From IMG/VR virus record IMGVR_UViG_3300036770_003657, positions 62,001-126,000 of that record: a DNA stretch of 64,000 nucleotides, one strand, 5' to 3'. The notes below the pieces were generated by a model. The model saw nothing but the letters and a program-made list of their open reading frames with translations. It was not told where the DNA came from and made no database searches. Shown piece by piece: positions 50,101-59,100 of the stretch (its first letter is position 1; every line of letters starts with the position of its first letter). The position numbers and the translations under genes were made by a program.

Positions 50101-53100
50101 ATGATATTACTAAGTGTGAACGTGATGTACAATTAATCTTAGAAGCAGTACGTTATGATATGATGTTTGATACATCCTTCAGAACAGCTACAGCAGCTCG
50201 TAGTTATTGGAGACAACAGGCTAACAATGCTCTAAGTACTGGTAGTACAGCTCTAAGCGTATATCCACAAAAAGAACAAAGTACTCTATTGTTTACTTTT
50301 ATGAAGAGTGTTTTACAAACGTTACCAGCTAAGTATCCAAACAAAGCACTATCAGACTTAGGTGAAGGTCAAATTCCTGGTATTGTTAACGGTAGTACAG
50401 CATATACAAGAATTGGCAAGCTGATGGATTATATAATTGGTGCTGTAGGTGCAGCTAATTTGGCGGCAGTAAATGCACTACTACCAGCTAAGCCATATAG
50501 CTTACCATTACCAGCAGGTGGCACAAATAATAGTAGTGATGCTAATTTCCGTGCTGCTCGTGATCTAATTGAACTCAATAGAAACTTTATTAAAGCTGAA
50601 GTTATTGCTTGGATTGATCAACAGAAGCGTGAAGAAAGAGAAGGATTCCAACAGGCTGAATTCAATTTCAACAGAAGTGAATGTGCTGAAGATATTGATC
50701 TAATTTTAGATGCTATCTATTATGACTTAACATATGGCGGTAATATGGAAAGTTATACAGCAGGTCTAGCATACTATTCAGGTATTGGTATTGAAAGTTT
50801 ACCAGCAGATGAGCGTGAAGCTACAATTCGTGCTTACAATTATATGGGTATGCTCTTATATGATGTAGCAAGAAATCAGCTAACAACCAGCTATCAAACA
50901 GCTCTAGAGCAAGTTAAAGGTACAGCAGGTAGTATTGAAACTTCTCGCAGACTTGGTGAACTAGTAGATATTGTTATTAATGTTGTTAAAGGTGGTCCAA
51001 AACAAGTTCCACTAAGAGTTGATCCAGACTTTTTAGCTGGTGATGAGACTCTTGCATTTGTTCGTATTGCTGTACAAGAACAAAAGCAAGAACTACAGGC
51101 TCGTATTGCAGACTATATTGATAGCTTTATCCTACAATACAACACAGAAAAATGTGCTCGTGACGTAGGCTTGATCTTAGATGCTGCTATGTATGACTTG
51201 GTACTAAACAGTAACTTCCAAAGCGTAACAGCAGGTAGTGTATATTTACAGAAGGCTGCTAATGTTGTGTATAGCACACAGATTGGTCCACAACTACAGG
51301 CTATTAAGTTTATACGTGATCAGGTTATTAGAATTAGCCAAACTCCTCCTCTAGTCAAGAATGAAGATGCAATTGGTCGTATTACAAACTTGTTTGACAC
51401 AATGTTTGATATCATTGACAAAGGTGTTGAAGTTGCTCCTCCAATCGTTAATATTCCTCCAGTAGGTGCTGCATTTAATCCAAATGCTGTAAATGCTGCT
51501 AATAGCATTATTGCTAATAAGGAATTCTTGAAGGAAGAGGTAGTAGCTTATATTACAGCTAATTACAAGACCTATGATCAAAGTCGTTGCAGCAGAGATG
51601 TTGGTTTAATTATTGATGCAGCACTATATGATTTGTTATTAGACACAAATTATAACAGTGTTAAGGCAGGTCTAGCATATCGTCGTGCTACAAGTAGCTT
51701 GGTTCTAACAGATCAACTACTAGAAACACTAGGTGGTATTGATTTTGCCAAGCAGAGAGTAGTTGAACTATTAGATGATGCTGACGCAATCGCTAGCGTT
51801 ACACGTAGCTTTGAGCTAATCAGTAGCATTATTGGCGGCGGCAGTGTTCCAACAAGTCGTGTGCCACTTCCAGGATCAAGCGTATATGCTCTAAGCCGTC
51901 CAAGTGGTAGTAATTATCGTGATCCAGCTTTCCAAACTGCTGCTACAGCTCTAAGAGATGCTAAAGCAACATTACAGACAGCAGTTACAGCTTGGATTAA
52001 TAGTCAAATAAATGGTGCTAGTGTTGGAAGTACTTGGGATGGATTTACATATGACGCAACCAAGCAAGCTAAGTGTGAAGAAGATGTAGGATATATCATT
52101 GATGCAGTTGCATATGACTTAATCTACGGTGGTAATATGGAAAGCCTAAATGCAGGCCTAGCATACTATACAGCCACAGCAGATGAAAGTCTACCAAGTA
52201 ATGATGAAATTCAAAACACAATTGCTGCTTACACATATCTAGCTGATCAGGTACGTACTACAGTAAATGCTGAATTTACTTTAGAACCAGACACAGATGC
52301 GTTAAGTGCAATTGAAGCACAAAACCTAGTATTAGGAATTAGAAACCTAATAGATAGTCGTGCTAATGCAGTGGCTACACCAAGTATCCCAAGCCAAGTT
52401 TGGGTTGATCCTCTACTACAGGAAATTAATCAAACATTTATACAGGAGAAAAAGCGTTTACAAGACGTAGTTATTGACTATGTAAATGAAATTGATAGAT
52501 ATACTGACGGTGCTATCTCAGTACCAGCAGACTATGATAAGGATAAGTGTCGTAGAGACGTTGGACTTGTATTAGATGCTGTACGTTATGATATGATGTT
52601 TGGTACTAACTTTAGAACTATAGTTGCTGGTCGTAGCTATCGTAGAGCATTAGCAGCTAGTGGTCTAATAGGCGGTGCTCAAGCAACTGCTAATTTAAGT
52701 GCTTTCAAAGAACTTAAAGAGCGTGTACTAGGTAAGAAACTAGTAGGTGTTGAAATTACAGGAACAGGTGGTACATTTACTTGTACAGCTCCAGTAACTG
52801 ATAGAGATGCTCCTCTAGTAGTAAACCAACCAGTTCGTGTAAGTGGAGTATATGCCACAGGTGCTGGTACTATAGGTACACCAGGTACAGATTCAGAGTT
52901 CAGCAATATTGCTACACAACCTAAGACATACTATATCATTGCTACAAATGGTACAACAAGCTTCACACTAAGTGCTGAAGTTGGTGGTGCAGCCATTGCA
53001 ACTACAACTGGTGACGGTGGTGCAGCAAGTGCAGGTGGATTAACATTTGAAATTAGACCAAGTCTAGAAAGTTTAGATGAAGTAACAACACAAGGGCTAC

Positions 53101-56100
53101 TTGATACACTAACTGCCGATGCTGAAGATCCTGATACACCACTAGTAGTTGGTCGCGAATACAAGATTATAAGTCAAGGTAAGACTACTGTTCCAGCTGG
53201 TGAATTTATTGTAGGCGGTCAATACAAAATTTTACAAGTAGGTGATGTAGGTCAGGTAGGTACTACAGATTATACCACTACAGGTGTAATTCCAGGAACA
53301 AGTACTCCAGCAACTAATACAGTTGGTCTAGTATTCCAAGCAACAAGTACTGGTATTGGTACAGGTCAGGCAATATATTATACAGATTATACACTATTTG
53401 GTGCAAGAAACAATGATGTAGGTACTGTATTTGTTGCCACAGGTTCACCAAGTAGTGCAACTGGTGGTAGTGGTCAAGTTAAGAGCGTGAGCTTCCGTGA
53501 ACGTGCTGAAAGACTATTTGATCTGTTCCTAGCTATATTAGACAGTGATACAGTAGCCATCGAAGCATTAGGTTATGATGTTGATACAGACTTTGATGTT
53601 CCAGCTAAACAAGGTCTAAGACCTACTACACAGTTGAACGGTGGTATCAATAATAGTACAACAACAATTACAGTTGACAGTAATGTTGAATATCCAACTG
53701 CTGGCATTTTATTAATTGGTACAGAAGAAATAACCTATACTGGTAAGAGTGGTACTACAGGATTTACAGGAGTAGCAAGAGGTGCTAATAGTACAACTGC
53801 TGCTGCTCATGCAGATAATGCAGTGGTTACTTGTTTAAATCCAAGTTATTATTTACTAACTCCACCAGAACTAGAAACAACTGACTTCGATAATACAAGT
53901 GATTATAATGATGCCGTAGCTGCTCAAACAGCTAGAATCACAGCACGTAATCAAATCAATGCTGCTAGACAGAGCCTAGAAGATGATCTAATTACATGGA
54001 TTGATGCACAAGTAGCAGCCAATGCAGGTGATGGTGCTGGTAACTTTGGTACAGCTTTTGAAGCTTACTGGATTGCTAATAGTTATGAGAAGCGTACAAA
54101 GTGTAGAGAGGACATCAAGTTCATTCTAGACGCAATTACATATGACTTAACTTATGGTGGCAATCAAGAAACTGTAGTTGCTGGTAAAGCTTACTATGAT
54201 GGTACAGTATTAAGTGTAGACAAATTAGCTACAATTGATGCTTACACTCACTTTAAGACATTACTTGCTACAGTAGCAGGTGCCAATAGTGGTGATGATG
54301 AAACAGTTACAAAACTTGTTGATGATCTAATCAGTTATATTGATCCAAAGATTGAGGATTTAAGACAAGTTGATGCTGATACAAGTTGGGTTGACAGTGA
54401 ACTATACGTATTCAGTGACAAGCTCAAGGCTGCTGCTAACACAGTAGCTAAGGCTACAACTGATTATGTAACTGCTAACTTTGCAGGTCTAAGCTATGAT
54501 GTAGCAACTTGCCAACGTGACGTAAAACTAGTAATAGATGCAGTACGTTGGGATATGATGTTTAATAGTAACTTCCGCACTATCGTAGCTGCTCGCAGTT
54601 ATTATAGAATTCAAGCAGCAACAGTAGTTGGTGCCCAGAAGGAAGCCAGTCAAAAGGCATTTGAAGTTGTTAAAGTTGCTCTAGATGATCTAGTCAAGAG
54701 TGACAGTGTAGCACAAGCTCGTGTATCAGCTCTAATGGATATTGTTATTAATCTACTAGCAGCCGTTGATGAAACAGCAGCTTTAGCTACATTACCAGCA
54801 ATTAGTACTCCATATGGTGGCACACCAAATGCCAGCAACATTGGATACTTAAATGCTCGTGATCGTATTGCTAGAAACAGAGACTTTATCGTTGATGAAA
54901 TGAGTGAATGGCTAGATGATCAAAACTATACATTTCCTGCATACGATAAAACTGTTTGCCTACGTGATATTGAATTAGTTCTTGATGCTGTAGCATATGA
55001 TTTAACATATGGTGGTAATATGGCCAGTGTTGAAGCAGGTAAGGCCTACTATGCAGGTGCAGTACTGCCAAATACAACAGGTACAGATCACGTTGATGCT
55101 ACTAAGGCAGCATTTGCTCATCTAAGAAATATAATTGAAGACGTAGCTCTTAACAATACAATTACTCCTACAACAGGTGTAACAGTAACATATGTTCAAG
55201 ATGATCAAAGCAAGGAAACAGCAGACGACGCTCAAGCAGGTGCTAAGGTAGTTGATCTAGTTGATATAGTAATTACTTGGGTTGACAGCAATAGTGGTAC
55301 AGCTGAATTCCGTCCAAGCACAAACTGGGTTGACAATAATCTGGCGCTAATTGCTAGCACAATGCTAGATCGTAAAGAAAGTTTAGGTTTACAGGTAACT
55401 GACTTTATTGATGCAGAGTATCCAACATTATTTGCTGATTCAGATACAGCAGCAGGTGAAGATCCTGGATATAGTAAAGACAAGTGCAAGCGTGATGTTG
55501 GTTTAGTCACAGAAGCTGTACGTTGGGACATGATGTTTGCTACAAACTTCCGTAGCTGGACAGCAGGTCGTGCTTACTATAGACAAGCTGAAAACTTACT
55601 AGCTGATGGATTAGCAAGTCAAGGTCAGAAAGAAGCCAGCCTAGCAGGTTATAGATTCTTGAAGGGCCTGTTAGCTACTATCGCAGGCAATAATGTAACA
55701 GCCAGCAATAGAATAAAAACTGCTATGAACGTTGTAATTGATACTTTAGAGTATGGTCCAACTACACGTAATGCTTATGATGCTAGATTGGTAAAAGCTG
55801 TTGAACTTATTGATGCTAATAAGGATGCATTGATAGCCACTATGACAACTTGGTTACAAGATGGTGCTCAAAGTTTAACTGATGGTGTGAGCTTTGGTAC
55901 TAATTATAGTGAAGAAAAGTGTATTCGTGACTTAGGTTATTTAATTGATGCTATCAAGTATGACTTAACCTATGGTGGTAATATGGAAACTGTCACAGCA
56001 GGTTTAGCCTACTATGATGGTGTTGTATTACAAGGTGGTGTTGGTAACACACAACCAGGTGATGCAAGTCATATTGCTAAGACACAGGAAGCATTTACAT

Positions 56101-59100
56101 ATTTAGGTACACAAATAGCAGCTCTTGCAACAATGCCAGCAAGTATGGCTGACAAAGTTGCAGCTCTAATCACTGATGTAAATCAAAGTATTAGAACTGC
56201 TGATGAAAATCTTGTAATTGGTAAGCAATATAAGATTATAAGCGTAGGCGATACAGACTGGAACACTGTAGCAGGTACAACAGGTGTTACATATGTTGCA
56301 GGTGATATAGTTAAGGTAGCTGCTGTAGGTGCAGGAACTGGTTATGCTACTCTTGTTAATAATGAAGTTAAGGCTGACGCAAGTTGGGCTGAATCAAGTT
56401 TACAAGAATTAGCAGTCACAATGAGACTACAACAAACAGCTATTAAGGCACAAGTTACTGATTATGTAGAGGATAAATTCCCAGGACTAATGACCGAAGC
56501 ACAAAAAGTTAAGTGTGCTCGCGATGCAGGATTATTAATTGATGCTGTACGTTGGGATATGTTGTTCAACAGTAATTTCCGTAGTATCACAGCAGGTCGT
56601 GCATACTATAGAACAGTACTAGCTCTAGTAGCAGATGCTCTTGCAGGTATTAATCAGAAGCAGGCCAGTGTAGCAGCATTTACATTCTTAAAAGGTATCT
56701 TACAAGGTATTGTTGCAAGTAATGCAATTGCGTACGAGCGTGTAACAGCCAATATGGATATTATCCTAGAGATAATTGAAAATGGTTTAGGTGATCAGGC
56801 TAGTCCAGCAATTACTTATGGTGCTGTAGCAGATGCACAACGTCAAGCTGCACACGATAACTTAATTGATAACATTCCATTCTTAAAGCAGGAAATTATC
56901 AAGTATGTTGATGCTACTTTTGACAATATTGAGTATGATGAAGTCAAGTGTGCTCGCGATGTAGAGTTAATTACTACAGCAGTTGCTTACGATATGGTAA
57001 CAGGTAGTAATTATCAAACTGTTACTGCTGCTCGTGGCTACTTGCGTAGCTATGCTAGTGACGTTATAACTGAAGCCAAGCAGAAGCATATTACATTATT
57101 AGCCTTCAAGTATCTAAAGAACTTGCTAACTAATTATGTTGGTGGTAATACAGCAGCTAAGAACAGCATTACAGCTAACATGGACACAATAATCAATACG
57201 GTTTATGATGCACATCAGTCAACCGTGACTGCTGTTACAGCTAGTAATGATACATTTACAACCAATGATACAAGTTGGATGGAAGTTGACACAGCTATTG
57301 TATTTGGTGGTACATTAATTGGTGGCGTAACTGGTGGTACAACTTATTATGTTAAGAGTGTAGAAAGTGCTACAGAGTTTACAATAAGTGCTACACAAGG
57401 CGGTGCTACATTTGATGTTGCTTCAGATGCTAGTGGTTCAATGGCAGTTAAGAAAGTACAAACATTTAATGTAATTATACCAACTGCAAGTGTTACCGTA
57501 AGCGATGATCAAACAACTTTAAACACTTATTTGACTAATAATACCAATATTGAAACATTAGTTACAACGGGTATTAACAATAGTGGTGGTTATGGTTCAG
57601 CTGCTAATGCAGACATTTGCAAGCGTGATATTAGACTACTAGTACAGGCACTAGCATTTGACTTAACATATGGCGGTAACTGGGCAAGTATTACTGCTGC
57701 TAAGAGTTACAGAGATGGTACTAACGCTCTAAACATTCCAAGCGGTGAAGCAACTAATACAAACACTGCATTTAATGCCGTACGTGATAAGATCAAAACA
57801 GATACTTCGTTGGACACTGCTACTGATACAAGAATTGATACTCTTGTAGCTTATGTAACAGGTGTAATTGGTAGTGCAACATATGCTACACCAGCAATAG
57901 TTTATCCAGAACTATTAGGTAGTGATAATGCACTAGAAGCAGCTAGAAATGTTCTAATAAGCAATATTGTTAATGCTAAGGCTAAGGTAATTCGTTATGT
58001 AAATGATCGTGCTTACTTCCAATATGATGTATTAAAATGTGAGCGTGACATTGGATTTATTCTAGATGCCGTAGCAATTGACGTAGCAACAGGCAGTAAC
58101 TATCTAAGTGTACAGGCAGGTATTAGTTACTTACGTGCTAATGCTACAAATGCTGTAGCTGCTCCTCAGAAATGGGCAATCCTAGCAGGATTGAATGCTG
58201 CTAAACAGATTCTAGCTGCAAGAGTTATTACAAACCAAGCAGCAGTTAGTGCAATTCGTGCTAAACTAAGTGTAGTGATTGATATTATCAATGACGGTGT
58301 AGCACCAAGTGTAACATTAAATGGTAGCGATCAAGTAACAGCGGAAAACACAACAGGTAGTCCATATGTTAGCTTGTCATATCCAACTACTGTAACAGGT
58401 GGTGTAGTAGGCAGTATAACTGTTCAAAATAGAATTGATGCTGCTACAACATTACGTACAGGAACAAGTGGTTCAGATCTAATTAGATGGATAGTTATAA
58501 ATGAAGTATTAAATGCAGTCAACGGTACTGCTGCTGCTGGTACTTATGATAAAGCCAAGTGTGCAAGAGATGTAGCATTGATATTAGATGCACTAGCACA
58601 CGATTTATTATACGGTGGTAACTATGCTTCAGTTCGTGTTGCTAATAGTTATTATGCTGGAACAGCTAATCAGTTAGGTAGTAATCCAGATGAAATAGCT
58701 GCTATCACAACTGCTCTAACTGAAGTTAAGAATCGTTTAGATAACTACGCTCCATTTATTGGTACAGGTATTGAAACTAGACTAGATACATTAGTTGATT
58801 TGATCGAAAATGTAATTGATACTGGTAGTACAAGCGCAGAACTTGCAGGTCTTGTAGTTGAATTACCAACTGCTGCAATCCAAGCAAGTGCTCTAGAATC
58901 AGCATATGACACTTTAGTTGCTGCTAAAGAAGCAATGACATATGAAATTTTAGATAGCATCAATAGCAGACCATTCCTAGTATACGATCAAGCCAAGTGT
59001 GAAAGTGATGTAGAAACTATTCTTGACGCACTAAGATATGATATTATGTTAGGCAGTAACTTCAAGAGTATAAGAGCAGGTCAAGCATACTTAAGAAGTT

